A DNA stretch of 54,865 nt from Nanobdellota archaeon (GCA_018901655.1 JAHIEG010000013.1:1-54865), one strand, 5' to 3'. Counted from the first letter of the stretch, positions 38,580 through 48,736 are shown. Notes: a model not told the origin generated them from the letters alone. Numbers and translations are program-made.

Positions 38580-39926
38580 TCATCCAAACCAACCAAATAG
38601 CCCTTTAGCATTTTTCTCCTTGTCTTCTGCTTTTTGTAAAAATTCTTTCGATTGTTCTTCTAAATTAATATATTGTTCAACTAAAACTGATTTGGCTGGT
38701 TCTTCAACCTGTTTCGATATTTGCAATAATAATTGAGATGTTTCAGTCAGCTTCGTTGCCTGTTCCTTGAAGAATGTTGCATCTTCCTTTTCCTGTTCTG
38801 CAACCATTCCAAAAAACCATTTGAATTTATAACCAAATCCTCTCTGATTTATTTCCTGTTCAAAATTATCTGTTTCTGTATTAACTATCAATATTTTATC
38901 TTGAACTGTTGTCACTTCCATAGCTTGTTCAGGAATATTTTCTTTAAGCGTTTCTAATGACGATATCACACTCATAGTAGTTTTTATAGTTGTTTGCACC
39001 CCAGCTTCATTTGACGTTATATTTGTTGAACACGAACCACATTTCTCTATTGTGCATGGAGTTAAACTTGACCAATAATGCGGTTTGTTTTCAGATGTCA
39101 TCCCACAAAAATAATGCAGAACTCCATATTCTCCACTTCCGCTACCATATCCACACTTGTCCATTAAAATCTGCGTAGAACCATCACTATATTCAACATT
39201 AATTGTACTTCCCGTTTCTGTACATTTTGTTATTTCTAAACTTGCTGTCATCAGACATGCGCCATCTTCGCAACCATATGGACATTTATTAGATGTTCCG
39301 ATAACATATCCTTTTGACCCTTCATCAATACCACAATAATATTCATTAACCCAATTTTTGAATTCAGATTCGGGATTGCAGAAATCTGTTATTGTTTTTA
39401 TTACTCCGGTTGTAGGATCTTGTATGCCTATTGTAGTACCTTTTTTCATATAGTCTATACCATCAGAATCCGTGCATGTTCTGCCTTCAGATATACATGA
39501 TGTATATGTACAAATATCCTCAATAGATTTAACAGACAAGCTAATAACATTAATTTCTTGTGTCGATACGCAAGATGGGTCAGCTGAAGAACACGCTGCT
39601 CCAAATAAAAATCCTATAACTTCTATTTTAACACATTTAGAAAGACTGCTGGAATAATACTCATCAAGCATATCTCTAAGATATTGTGTAGAATTATATT
39701 GTATAGAATCTGTAGGATGGTATTGTGTAAAATTATCAAATCTCATAGTATATACATTGACTGTAGCCAAACAGTCTTTAGGATAAATTGAACCTGGAAT
39801 AGTTGGACATGAAAACTTGAAACAGTCGACTACAGTTGTTTCGCCCTCTGCAAATACAGCTATAGAATTCAAAGATATTAGAACCAATAACACAAAAGCT
39901 AAAGTCACAAAACTTCTCATCTTCAT
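38580..39926 (-). CDS. secreted Cys-rich protein
   Basis: Signal peptide; CTDSDG...KGT and CPYGCEDGAC motifs; helical C-terminus. Confidence 0.8.
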   Translation of the reverse strand: MKMRSFVTLAFVLLVLISLNSIAVFAEGETTVVDCFKFSCPTIPGSIYPKDCLATVNVYTMRFDNFTQYHPTDSIQYNSTQYLRDMLDEYYSSSLSKCVKIEVIGFLFGAACSSADPSCVSTQEINVISLSVKSIEDICTYTSCISEGRTCTDSDGIDYMKKGTTIGIQDPTTGVIKTITDFCNPESEFKNWVNEYYCGIDEGSKGYVIGTSNKCPYGCEDGACLMTASLEITKCTETGSTINVEYSDGSTQILMDKCGYGSGSGEYGVLHYFCGMTSENKPHYWSSLTPCTIEKCGSCSTNITSNEAGVQTTIKTTMSVISSLETLKENIPEQAMEVTTVQDKILIVNTETDNFEQEINQRGFGYKFKWFFGMVAEQEKEDATFFKEQATKLTETSQLLLQISKQVEEPAKSVLVEQYINLEEQSKEFLQKAEDKEKNAKGLFGWFG

Positions 39927-40242
39927 AAATAGAATTGTTATTTTATAGAATTTAAAGGCTCGTATTTAATTAGGTCAAAGACTAATCAAAAGAAAAAATG
40001 ATGTATGTTGAAATAATACCCAAATTGTTATTACTAGAATTTGTACCAAAAGTATGGTAGACACCTAGTAATGTTACCTTTTAGGCGGTTAGCTGTTCGT
40101 TTCTATCATATATTTGGAACCATATGAGTGTTTATAATTGATATTTCTTAATAATTAATTAAGAAAAACGAATAGAAAACAATATTAACTAAATCTAATA
40201 TTATCATAATATTTATTAAGCTATTAACCTTATAATGTTTGT

Positions 40243-40683
40243 ATGAAATACAGAAAAGGCATAGCAGCTATCATATTTAGAAAAACACCAAATGGTTCAA
40301 AATTCTTAATATTCCATAGAACTAAAAATTGGGAAGGCTGGGAATTTCTTAAAGGCGGGGTCCAAGACGGAGAAGATTCGCTCAAATCATTAAAACGGGA
40401 GATTAAAGAAGAAACCGGAATTAAAACATATAAGATTATAGAAAATACTGGTAAAGTAACAAAATTTAAGTGGCCAAAACACTTTGTAAAAGATCACCGT
40501 GTTTATGATGGTGCTGAACTTGAATTTTTCCTAGTAAAAACAAATATTGCTAAAGTAAAAATTGATAAAAGAGAACATGATGATTACAAGTGGGTTACTG
40601 TAGAGGAAGCTTTAAAGCTTTTAACTTATAACAATCATAAAGAAGTATTAAAGACTGTTTTGAAAAAAGGTGAATTAAAATGA
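40243..40683 (+). CDS. NUDIX hydrolase (Ap4A hydrolase/RppH-like)
   Basis: WEFLKGG...REIKEETGI Nudix box, EHDDYKW. Confidence 0.92.
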   Translation: MKYRKGIAAIIFRKTPNGSKFLIFHRTKNWEGWEFLKGGVQDGEDSLKSLKREIKEETGIKTYKIIENTGKVTKFKWPKHFVKDHRVYDGAELEFFLVKTNIAKVKIDKREHDDYKWVTVEEALKLLTYNNHKEVLKTVLKKGELK

Positions 40684-40870
40684 AAAGTAAAAAAGCCCCA
40701 TGGGGAGTTCAAAAGTCACAAAGAAAGTATTCTCGACAGATTAAAAATGATGACAATAAATGAATTAAATAAAACCAAAACTAATAAAAAATCTAAATAA
40801 ATGCATTTTCCACATATTTGATTTAAAGCTTGCCATAAGGTTTATATTGTCTTATGTGAATTTAAACACT

Positions 40871-41659
40871 ATGATAGATTCACATTGTCATCTAGAACAA
40901 GAAATATATAAAAATGATCTGGATGAGATTATACAAAAATGTAAAACTAACGGACTTAGGGCAGTAATTACTTCATGTACTCATCCTAAGGATTTCAAAA
41001 AAACAATGGATATTATAAACAAGTATAGGGGTTTTGTTTTTGCAACTGCGGGGATTCATCCTTTATACATTAAAGAAATTTCAGAAAAAGAAATAAAAGA
41101 ATATATGGAATTATTAAGAAATAATAAAGATAAATTAGTAGGAATTGGAGAATGTGGGTTAGATTTTCATTATATTGAAGAACCTGAACAAAGAGAAAGA
41201 CAAAAACAATTATTTATTAAAATGATAGCACTAGCTAGGGAACTAAACAAACCACTTGTTATACATGCAAGAGATGCTTTAGAAGAAACACTTAAAATTC
41301 TCAATGAAGAAAATGCTGCAAATGTTATGCTTCACATGTGGGGAGGACATAATCTAATGGATCAGGTAAATACTTTAGGATATCATGTTTCAATGAATTC
41401 CATAATAATGAAAAGCAAGACTTATGGAAAAGTTATAAAAAAGATACCAATAGACAAATTAATGTTAGAAACCGATTCACCGTGGATAGCCATAAAGAAA
41501 GTAGATGATGGTTATGAAATAGATAATAAAGGTAAAAACGACCCAACAACAATTAAATTAATAGCAGAAAAAATAGCCAAAATAAAGAATGTTGAATTTG
41601 AAAAAGTTTGGAAAACATGTTCTGATAATGCTGTAATGTTCTTTAATTTAAATAGTTAA
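40871..41659 (+). CDS. tatD: TatD family nuclease
   Basis: DSHCH, GIHP, IGECGLD, IHAR, ETDSP. Confidence 0.95.
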   Translation: MIDSHCHLEQEIYKNDLDEIIQKCKTNGLRAVITSCTHPKDFKKTMDIINKYRGFVFATAGIHPLYIKEISEKEIKEYMELLRNNKDKLVGIGECGLDFHYIEEPEQRERQKQLFIKMIALARELNKPLVIHARDALEETLKILNEENAANVMLHMWGGHNLMDQVNTLGYHVSMNSIIMKSKTYGKVIKKIPIDKLMLETDSPWIAIKKVDDGYEIDNKGKNDPTTIKLIAEKIAKIKNVEFEKVWKTCSDNAVMFFNLNS

Positions 41660-41685
41660 TTACAATATATAATATAGGTGTTTAA

Positions 41686-42174
41686 ATGATTTTGGAAAAT
41701 ATGAAAAAAAACTTAGAAAGGATAAAAGATATGAGACCTAGATTTCGAGAAAAGCCTACTATAGCTTTTTTTGTAGACGGGCCAAATATCATAAGAAAAG
41801 AATTTAATATCAATCTTAGGGAAATGAAAAAGAAAGTAGAAAAGCACGGAAGGATCAGTATAGGAAAAGTTTTTTTGAATCAATTTGCTCCTGAAAAATT
41901 AATTGAAGCAGTGGCAAATGAAGGTTTTGAAACAGTAATTGCTTTAGGTGATCCAGAACAAAAAACAGATGTAGACGTAGCTGTTGCAGTTCATGCAATG
42001 GATGCAGTATATAATCCTGATATTGATATTATCGCAATAGCTAGTAGAGACGCAGATTTTTTAGCTTTAATTCAAAAAGCAAAAGAGAAGGGCAAACTTA
42101 CACTTTTAGTTGCAGTAACACCTGGCTTAGCAGTTTCATTGAAACATGCTGCAGACTTTGTAGAACTTTTATAA
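41686..42174 (+). CDS. NYN-domain protein (TIGR00288-like)
   Basis: FVDGPN, DVDV, SRDADF, ADF. Confidence 0.9.
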   Translation: MILENMKKNLERIKDMRPRFREKPTIAFFVDGPNIIRKEFNINLREMKKKVEKHGRISIGKVFLNQFAPEKLIEAVANEGFETVIALGDPEQKTDVDVAVAVHAMDAVYNPDIDIIAIASRDADFLALIQKAKEKGKLTLLVAVTPGLAVSLKHAADFVELL

Positions 42175-42193
42175 GCCCTTTCTTTTTTTTATT

Positions 42194-43393
42194 TTATAAC
42201 TTATATCTAAGAATTGCTCCAATTCCACCCATTTGATAAAGTTGTTCTCCTTCCCTCGTATCTCTAGAAATAACTTCAATTTCTGTACCATGACTCGTTA
42301 CTAACTCTTCAAACGCCTCGACAATATCTCTTTGACCCATCAATTGTATTGGTTGACTACATTTTTGACATGTTACTTCTTTTAATCGGTCATTTTTAAT
42401 AAATTTCTTACCGGCAGACCCACATGAACACTGATATTCAATTTCAGTATATTCCAAGTCTTCACTAATTAAAACCATATCAACCGCACCTATTTCTAAT
42501 GCTTTCAGGACAGATTGTACTCCATATGTAACTTTTCCACTATCGCTTTGTAATTCAAAAAAGAATTTCTTAACAAGTTCCTTTTCTTTTGAAACAGCTG
42601 ATTCTGCAAGAATATCTTGTGACTTTTCAACAAGTTCTTGTAATCCATGTTCATCTGTATAACCCACATCCTTTATTCCAAGTATTTTCTTTTTCATTAC
42701 TATTTCTAAAAATCTTCCATCGTGAAAGTCGTTCTTAGAAGGACCTGGACCACCAATTATTATTCCCTTTAACTCCTCACTAAAAGCTGCTTTTACTGTT
42801 TCACCAATTACTTTGTAAAAATCATGTATTAATCCATTTCTTACTCTCTCGTAGCGTTGTTGCGATTGGCCGCCTTTTCCTGCTTTTCCTGGAACAATAG
42901 ATTGTAAATTTTTTAAAACTAATATATTTTTTCCTCTAAGCATTCCTAACGTAGCTTCTTTTGTATCCATAACTAATAATCCATAAACTTCTTTTTCTTT
43001 CATCATGTGTCTTAACGGAGCTAATTCAAATGTTTGATCACACCAATATAGTTTTACATTTAATTTTTCAGGTGGTTCAATTGCCCATATATCTATATCT
43101 GTAACACCTTCATTTTCAGAAACGTTTCCAGAAAATAAAGCTAAACCATTTTCAGGTGTTTCCTTATACAATTTAAGATGTTGAATTATTTTATCTAGTG
43201 CACCTGTTACATTTTTTCTAACTGCTTTTGATTTAATATTAATTGCAGTTCCTTGTTCATTTCTTAACTGTGTAGAAATATCTGATATTTTATAACCTGC
43301 TGGAACATAAACAGTAACTAATTCTGTATGTCTTCCTCTTACACCTTCTAAACGTTTAATTAATTTTTTTAATTCTTTTTGTTGATTTACCAT
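42194..43393 (-). CDS. prf1: peptide chain release factor aRF1
   Basis: GRHTELVTVY, NIKS, YWCD, GGQSQQRY, GGIGAILRY. Confidence 0.97.
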   Translation of the reverse strand: MVNQQKELKKLIKRLEGVRGRHTELVTVYVPAGYKISDISTQLRNEQGTAINIKSKAVRKNVTGALDKIIQHLKLYKETPENGLALFSGNVSENEGVTDIDIWAIEPPEKLNVKLYWCDQTFELAPLRHMMKEKEVYGLLVMDTKEATLGMLRGKNILVLKNLQSIVPGKAGKGGQSQQRYERVRNGLIHDFYKVIGETVKAAFSEELKGIIIGGPGPSKNDFHDGRFLEIVMKKKILGIKDVGYTDEHGLQELVEKSQDILAESAVSKEKELVKKFFFELQSDSGKVTYGVQSVLKALEIGAVDMVLISEDLEYTEIEYQCSCGSAGKKFIKNDRLKEVTCQKCSQPIQLMGQRDIVEAFEELVTSHGTEIEVISRDTREGEQLYQMGGIGAILRYKL

Positions 43394-43394
43394 T

Positions 43395-45743
43395 TTAAAC
43401 AACTTCTATTTTTAATTCTTCTCCTTTTTTAAATTCTATTTCTTTTATTTTCATTGCACCCTTAATGTCGTTTTCAAATTCAGAAATATCTTCTACGCTT
43501 GAAATAATAACTTTATTTAATTCTGCATTAAGTGCCATCTTATTACTATGTTTGTATTTTCTTAACTCGACTATTGCTTCAACTGCTACATGTCCATTAT
43601 TTTCTTTTATGTTTTCCTTTTCTGGCCAACTTGAAATATGAATTGATTCAACTTTTTCTTTGTCTTTAAAATAATTTTGATAAATTTCTTCTGTAACATG
43701 TGGCATGATTGGTGCAAACATTTTTAAAATTCCTAACAAAGTTTTATACAAAGTATATCTTGCTGATTCTGTTGTTTCATCTTCATTGTATAATCGGTGT
43801 TTTGCAATTTCTAAATAATTGTCACAAAAATCTTTCCAAAAAAGTTGTTCTGTTAAAAACTTAGCTGAAGAATATTGATAGTCTTCAAATTCTTTTGTTA
43901 CCTGTTCAACTGTTTCTGAAAGTCTATTTAGTAACCATTTGTCAATTGATTCGATGTTTTTAGGTTCTTGATAATTATAATTTTCTAAACTCATTATAAC
44001 AAACTTCGATGCGTTCCATAATTTAGTTATTGTTTTCTGTGCAGCTACTAATTCTTTTTCTTGGAAAGAAATATCTTCTCCTAATTTTGCTGATGCTGCC
44101 CAAAATCTTAACGAATCTGCATTATAATTATCTAAAACCTCCATTGGATCAATAACGTTTCCAAGAGACTTGTGCATTGATTTCCCTTTTGAATCCAATG
44201 CATGCCCACTTACCATTACATTTTTCCAAGGAATTTCATTAAAATGATACAATGATTTTACTACTGTATAAAATGCCCAGGTTCTAATTATATCATGTGC
44301 TTGTGGTCTCATATCTTCTGGGGAATATTTCATCATATTATTTTTTTCAGTCCATTTCAAAACAATTTCAGGTGACATGCTTGATGTCATCCAGGTATCA
44401 AATACGTCTTTTTCTGGAATAAATTTAGAAGAACCACATTTACATTTTTGTTTTGGTTTGTCAACTTCTGGATCAATTGGTAAATCTTTTACATCTGGTA
44501 ATAATAATTCTCCACACTCACAGTACCAAACTGGAATAGAAATTCCGTGATGTCTTTGTCTTGAAATTAACCAATCCCAACTTAAATTATTAACCCAATC
44601 TTCATATCTTTTAACATAATAATTTGGATGCCAGTTTATCTTTCTACCTTGCTGAATTAACTTTTCTTTATTTTCAATAATTTTAACAAACCATTGTTTT
44701 GTAACTAAAAATTCAATTGGTTCATGACATCTCCAGCATGTTCCAACATTTTGTTTTAATTGCTCGTCTTTACCTAAAACTTTTAAATCGTCTAAAACTT
44801 TTAGAATTTCTTTTCTTGCTTCTTTTAATTTTAGGCCAGTATATTTTCCAGAATTTTGCAATTTACCATCAGCACTAACAATAATCTTTAATGGTAACTT
44901 ATGAATCTTCCACCATTCAATATCTGTCTTATCTCCAAAAGTACATATCATAACAATTCCTGTTCCAAATTTAGAATCAACTTTAGAATCTTTCATTATA
45001 GAAACCTCTTGCCCAAAAATAGGAACGGTAGCTTTCTTGCCAACCAATTTAGTATATCGTTTATCATCTGGGTGTACAAATATTCCAACACATGCTGGTA
45101 ATAATTCTGGACGGGTTGTTGCAATTGTTATTTTCTTACCTTCTGATACAAAATCAATGTCATATATTTTTGTATTTCTTTCCTGATCTTCAACATCTGC
45201 TTGAGATAAAGCTGTCTTACAACTTGTACACCAAATTGTTGGTTCTTCGCTTCGATAAACATAATCTTTTTTTAGTAAGTCTATAAAACTAGTTTGAGCT
45301 GTTTTAGCACAGTTGTCTTGTATTGTTCTATATGTTAAATCCCAATCGTGGGAATGTCCTAGTCTCATTAAATCTCTTTTATAACCGTTTTCGACTTCTA
45401 TTATATCTTTTTTAACTAGATTTATAAATTCACTTTTACTTATTTTAGTTAAATCGATATTGTGTTTTTTCTCAATATATCTTTCAGTTGGCTGTCCATT
45501 ATCATCAAAACCAATTGGAAACAAAACATTGAATCCTTGCATTCTCTTGAATCTTGCTATAAATTCAAACTGAGTATAATGCATTGCATGCCCAATGTGT
45601 AATTTACCAGAAACTGTTGGAGGAGGAGTATCTATAGAAAACACCGGTTTATTTGATTTTGGATCAAATTTATATATTCCACTATCTATCCAAAGCTTCT
45701 GTATCCTCGGCTCTACTTCCTTTGAATCATACTTCTTTTCCAT
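43395..45743 (-). CDS. valS: valyl-tRNA synthetase
   Basis: DTPPPTVSGKLHIGH, ATTRPELL, DWLISRQR, RPQAHDIIRTWAF, KSMHKS. Confidence 0.96.
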   Translation of the reverse strand: MEKKYDSKEVEPRIQKLWIDSGIYKFDPKSNKPVFSIDTPPPTVSGKLHIGHAMHYTQFEFIARFKRMQGFNVLFPIGFDDNGQPTERYIEKKHNIDLTKISKSEFINLVKKDIIEVENGYKRDLMRLGHSHDWDLTYRTIQDNCAKTAQTSFIDLLKKDYVYRSEEPTIWCTSCKTALSQADVEDQERNTKIYDIDFVSEGKKITIATTRPELLPACVGIFVHPDDKRYTKLVGKKATVPIFGQEVSIMKDSKVDSKFGTGIVMICTFGDKTDIEWWKIHKLPLKIIVSADGKLQNSGKYTGLKLKEARKEILKVLDDLKVLGKDEQLKQNVGTCWRCHEPIEFLVTKQWFVKIIENKEKLIQQGRKINWHPNYYVKRYEDWVNNLSWDWLISRQRHHGISIPVWYCECGELLLPDVKDLPIDPEVDKPKQKCKCGSSKFIPEKDVFDTWMTSSMSPEIVLKWTEKNNMMKYSPEDMRPQAHDIIRTWAFYTVVKSLYHFNEIPWKNVMVSGHALDSKGKSMHKSLGNVIDPMEVLDNYNADSLRFWAASAKLGEDISFQEKELVAAQKTITKLWNASKFVIMSLENYNYQEPKNIESIDKWLLNRLSETVEQVTKEFEDYQYSSAKFLTEQLFWKDFCDNYLEIAKHRLYNEDETTESARYTLYKTLLGILKMFAPIMPHVTEEIYQNYFKDKEKVESIHISSWPEKENIKENNGHVAVEAIVELRKYKHSNKMALNAELNKVIISSVEDISEFENDIKGAMKIKEIEFKKGEELKIEVV

Positions 45744-45782
45744 AAACATCATTTTAGATAGGCAAGTTATTAAAGTTTTGTT

Positions 45783-45941
45783 TTAGAAATCCCACTCACG
45801 TTCTGTGTATTTTGGATTTAATTTTCTTGGACAACCATCACTCTTACTCGCTCTCGGCTGTTTATAATAATAGCAACCCCCGCACTCATCATCATTTTCC
45901 GGCACACATTCATATGTTTTCCTTTTAACAAGTTCTGGCAT
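45783..45941 (-). CDS. small Cys-containing protein (52 aa)
   Basis: MPELVKRKTYEC...CGGC...GCPRK; not in ORF track. Confidence 0.45.
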   Translation of the reverse strand: MPELVKRKTYECVPENDDECGGCYYYKQPRASKSDGCPRKLNPKYTEREWDF

Positions 45942-46030
45942 AATTAAGATTGGTTAGAAAAAGATTTAACCTCATCAGAAACCGAATTTATCAAATATAT
46001 TTCAAATAATAGAAATGTTTATAAAAGTCT

Positions 46031-46192
46031 ATGAGAAAGTTAGGTAAGGGCCAATTGATCAGCCAAAATATATCAGATTATAAAAATACAGACGATTTGA
46101 ACATTGTCATAGATTCTAAAGATACATATTATTTAAGACCTAATCATGAGAATGAACAAGGATATGACATTGTTCCAATGAATAAGAAATAG
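46031..46192 (+). CDS. small hypothetical protein (53 aa)
   Basis: ATG after TTTATAAA; fills the intergenic gap. Confidence 0.35.
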   Translation: MRKLGKGQLISQNISDYKNTDDLNIVIDSKDTYYLRPNHENEQGYDIVPMNKK

Positions 46193-46193
46193 A

Positions 46194-46436
46194 TTAGAAA
46201 CCAACTTCTATTTCAACTGTATAGCCTTTTTTATCCAATTCTGTTGTAATCTCATCAATCATTCCATGTATTACCCCACAACCTGCACAGCCTGCTTCTG
46301 GAGGTACTAGTGTTAAAGTAACTTTCTTTCCAACCACTTTGATATTTTTAGCTATCTTAGCTTCTACTATATTCTTTCCAATATGAGGATCTTCTATCTT
46401 TTTCAGAACATCCATAACTTCTTTTGGTACTGGCAT
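46194..46436 (-). CDS. DUF59/MIP18-like Fe-S assembly domain protein
   Basis: LKKIEDPHIGKNIVE, GCAGC. Confidence 0.8.
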   Translation of the reverse strand: MPVPKEVMDVLKKIEDPHIGKNIVEAKIAKNIKVVGKKVTLTLVPPEAGCAGCGVIHGMIDEITTELDKKGYTVEIEVGF

Positions 46437-46481
46437 AAGGGGTAATTAAGTAATTAAAGTATAAAAAGATATATTATTGCC

Positions 46482-47114
46482 GTGGATGATTTGTCTTTGT
46501 TATATGGTATAATGGCTGGAGATGGGTGTCTTTCTAGGGGATTAAAAAATCGAACTATATCTATAACATGCAATTATTATAATGATAGGCCCTTCTTTGA
46601 TGAAGTAGTAATTCCATTATTAAATAAAATAAGAGGAAAGAAAACCAAATATAGATTAAGACCTAAATATGGTAAAATAGAAATTAATTTTAGCGACAAG
46701 GAGCTTTTCAATAAACTAGTATCAATTGGCTTTCCGGTTGGTAAGAAGTGGAGCAAGTTAGAAATACCTGACATATTTCAAAGTAATAAATATACTAAAA
46801 ATATCATAGCTGGTTTCTTTGCAACAGATGGTTCTGTGGTAAGGGCTAACAATCATGGGATCTTATACCCACGTTTAGAAATCCATAATAAATGTCATAA
46901 AATTTTAGAACAGATGCAATCATTTCTATTAACAAATAACATTAAAGCAAACATCTATAAAATTAAGCCGAGGAATGGTTTCTCTATAAGCAGGCTAGAT
47001 ATGAATGGAAAGATAAACTTATTAAAGTTTGAATCCTTAATAGGGTTTATAAATCCTAAACACAAAAGTTTATTTGAAGGATTTAGAGATGGGCGGGTGG
47101 CTCAGCCTGGTTAG
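46482..47114 (+). CDS. free-standing LAGLIDADG homing endonuclease overlapping tRNA-Ile
   Basis: LYGIMAGDGC and IAGFFATDGS motifs, IGFINPKH; stop TAG lies within the tRNA D arm. Confidence 0.88.
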   Translation: MDDLSLLYGIMAGDGCLSRGLKNRTISITCNYYNDRPFFDEVVIPLLNKIRGKKTKYRLRPKYGKIEINFSDKELFNKLVSIGFPVGKKWSKLEIPDIFQSNKYTKNIIAGFFATDGSVVRANNHGILYPRLEIHNKCHKILEQMQSFLLTNNIKANIYKIKPRNGFSISRLDMNGKINLLKFESLIGFINPKHKSLFEGFRDGRVAQPG

Positions 47115-47197
47115 AGCGCTACATCTATTTTTGGAAGAAATTAGAGGCGATGCTGATAACGTAGAGACCGGGAGTTCAAATCTCCCTCTGCCCACCA
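47091..47197 (+). tRNA. tRNA-Ile(GAU) with 29-nt intron at position 30/31; CCA encoded
   Basis: Acceptor GGGCGGG/TCTGCCC, D arm GCTC/GAGC, anticodon CTACG-CTGATAA-CGTAG after intron removal, T arm GGGAG-TTCAAAT-CTCCC. Confidence 0.93.
47123..47151 (+). other. archaeal BHB tRNA intron
   Basis: Central helix CGCT/GGCG, 3-nt bulges AC^A and AT^G, flanking helices TCTA/TAGA and AG/CT. Confidence 0.88.
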
Positions 47198-47205
47198 TTA
47201 TATTT

Positions 47206-47802
47206 ATGAACATACTCAAACGCGGTGCAGAAGCTATTCTCTATAAAGAAGATGATCAGTTAGTAAAAGAAAGAATAAGTAAGGGATATAGAATTTCTGA
47301 AATTGATAATCCTCTTAGAAAGAGTAGAACTAAAGGAGAAGCTAGATTATTATCAGAAGCTAGAAGAGCTGGAGTTAACGCACCAAAGGTATTTGAAACA
47401 GATGAGTTTAAAATTAAAATGGAATTTATTGATGGAATTAGAATTAAGGAATTGTTTTCTAAAAAAGCTGACCTGAAAATTGCGGAAGAGATAGGCAAAT
47501 CTGTAGGTTTATTACATAAGAATAAAATAGTTCATGGAGATCTAACAACTTCAAATATGATACTAAAAGATGATATTGTCTATTTTATTGACTTTGGACT
47601 AGGTTCTCAAACTCAAAGAATAGAAGATTTTGCTACTGACCTATCTGTCTTTAAAGAAGCAATCAAATCAACCCACTTTAAGGATATGGAATCAATTTGG
47701 GGAAGCTTTATTAAAGGTTACAAACAAACAAATACTAAGTCACAGGAAGTTTTAAATATATTAGAAAAAATAGAGAAAAGGGGAAGATATATCAAACGGT
47801 GA
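47206..47802 (+). CDS. bud32: KEOPS kinase Bud32
   Basis: RGAEA, KERISKGYR, HGDLTTSN, FIDFGL, RGRY; true start after the tRNA. Confidence 0.95.
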   Translation: MNILKRGAEAILYKEDDQLVKERISKGYRISEIDNPLRKSRTKGEARLLSEARRAGVNAPKVFETDEFKIKMEFIDGIRIKELFSKKADLKIAEEIGKSVGLLHKNKIVHGDLTTSNMILKDDIVYFIDFGLGSQTQRIEDFATDLSVFKEAIKSTHFKDMESIWGSFIKGYKQTNTKSQEVLNILEKIEKRGRYIKR

Positions 47803-47806
47803 AGAC

Positions 47807-47983
47807 ATGAAAATTAAATTTGAAGAGTTAAGCTATAAAACAATAGTAGGTTCAGCAGTAATGATATTTGTTGGACTATTACTTGGAAGCTATGTAAAAT
47901 ACACTGTATTACTAGCTGAGGTAGGTGCTTTTATACTTTTACTTGGTATTATATTTTACATAATATCACAAATGGTTGAATAA
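47807..47983 (+). CDS. small 2-TM membrane protein (58 aa)
   Basis: GGTGA SD, two hydrophobic helices, operonic; not in ORF track. Confidence 0.65.
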   Translation: MKIKFEELSYKTIVGSAVMIFVGLLLGSYVKYTVLLAEVGAFILLLGIIFYIISQMVE

Positions 47984-47985
47984 AT

Positions 47986-48444
47986 ATGGCAAGAATGTAT
48001 GCAAGAAAAAAAGGTAAATCGGGTAGTAAAAAACCACTTATAGTAGCACAGTGGACAGAATACAAAAAAGAAGAAATAGAAAAATTGATTCTTAAATTAT
48101 CAAAAAATGGTATGGCAACACCTGAAATTGGAAGAACATTAAAAGACCAATATGGTATTCCATCTGTAAAAGCTGTGACAGGAAAATCTGTTCTTAAGAT
48201 TCTTAATGAAAATAAAGCAGGACCAGAATTACCAGAAGACCTAATTAATCTTCTTAGAAAATCTGTTCTTCTTCATGATCATATGAAAATAAACAAAAAA
48301 GATAATACTTCTAAACATGGTCTTGAACTTTTAGAAAGTAAAATAAGAAGACTTGTAAAATATTATATCAAGACAAAGAAATTACCAGTTGGTTGGAAAT
48401 ACAACGCAGACAAAGCAAAACTAATTGTTCAGACAACAAAATAG
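47986..48444 (+). CDS. rps15: 30S ribosomal protein uS15
   Basis: MARMYARKKGKSGS, PEDL, ESKIRRLVKYY, LPVGWKY. Confidence 0.97.
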   Translation: MARMYARKKGKSGSKKPLIVAQWTEYKKEEIEKLILKLSKNGMATPEIGRTLKDQYGIPSVKAVTGKSVLKILNENKAGPELPEDLINLLRKSVLLHDHMKINKKDNTSKHGLELLESKIRRLVKYYIKTKKLPVGWKYNADKAKLIVQTTK

Positions 48445-48475
48445 GTTTAAATCCTTTTCTATGCCTATACTTATT

Positions 48476-48736
48476 ATGAAAATAGGATTTGTAACAATAA
48501 ACACTTTGCCATCAAAAGAACAGGAAATATATGACGAATTAATTAAGAAAGATTTTATTATCGAATTATATGGTTGTTTTGGTCAATATGATTTAATTGC
48601 AAAAGTAAAAGCTGAAAATTTTGATAATCTTGGAAAAATCGTTGTTGAAAAAATAAGAACGATAAAGGGTGTAAATGAAACAGAAACCTTAATTGTTGCA
48701 GAATATGAGAACATGCCAAGCTACTATAGAAAGTAA
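48476..48736 (+). CDS. Lrp/AsnC ligand-binding (RAM) domain protein
   Basis: FGQYDLIAKV, KIRTIKGVNETETLI; no HTH. Confidence 0.85.
   Translation: MKIGFVTINTLPSKEQEIYDELIKKDFIIELYGCFGQYDLIAKVKAENFDNLGKIVVEKIRTIKGVNETETLIVAEYENMPSYYRK

Noticed and set aside
40030-40065. FVPKVW as a second aldo/keto reductase fragment
   Set aside because: Too short, and in the wrong order relative to the 38490 fragment
45783-45941. Small ORF as ribosomal protein eL37
   Set aside because: Lacks the CRRCG and CxxCG motifs and the basic composition
47074-47205. N-terminal extension of Bud32 in the ORF track
   Set aside because: It reads through the tRNA-Ile gene; kinase homology begins at ATG 47206
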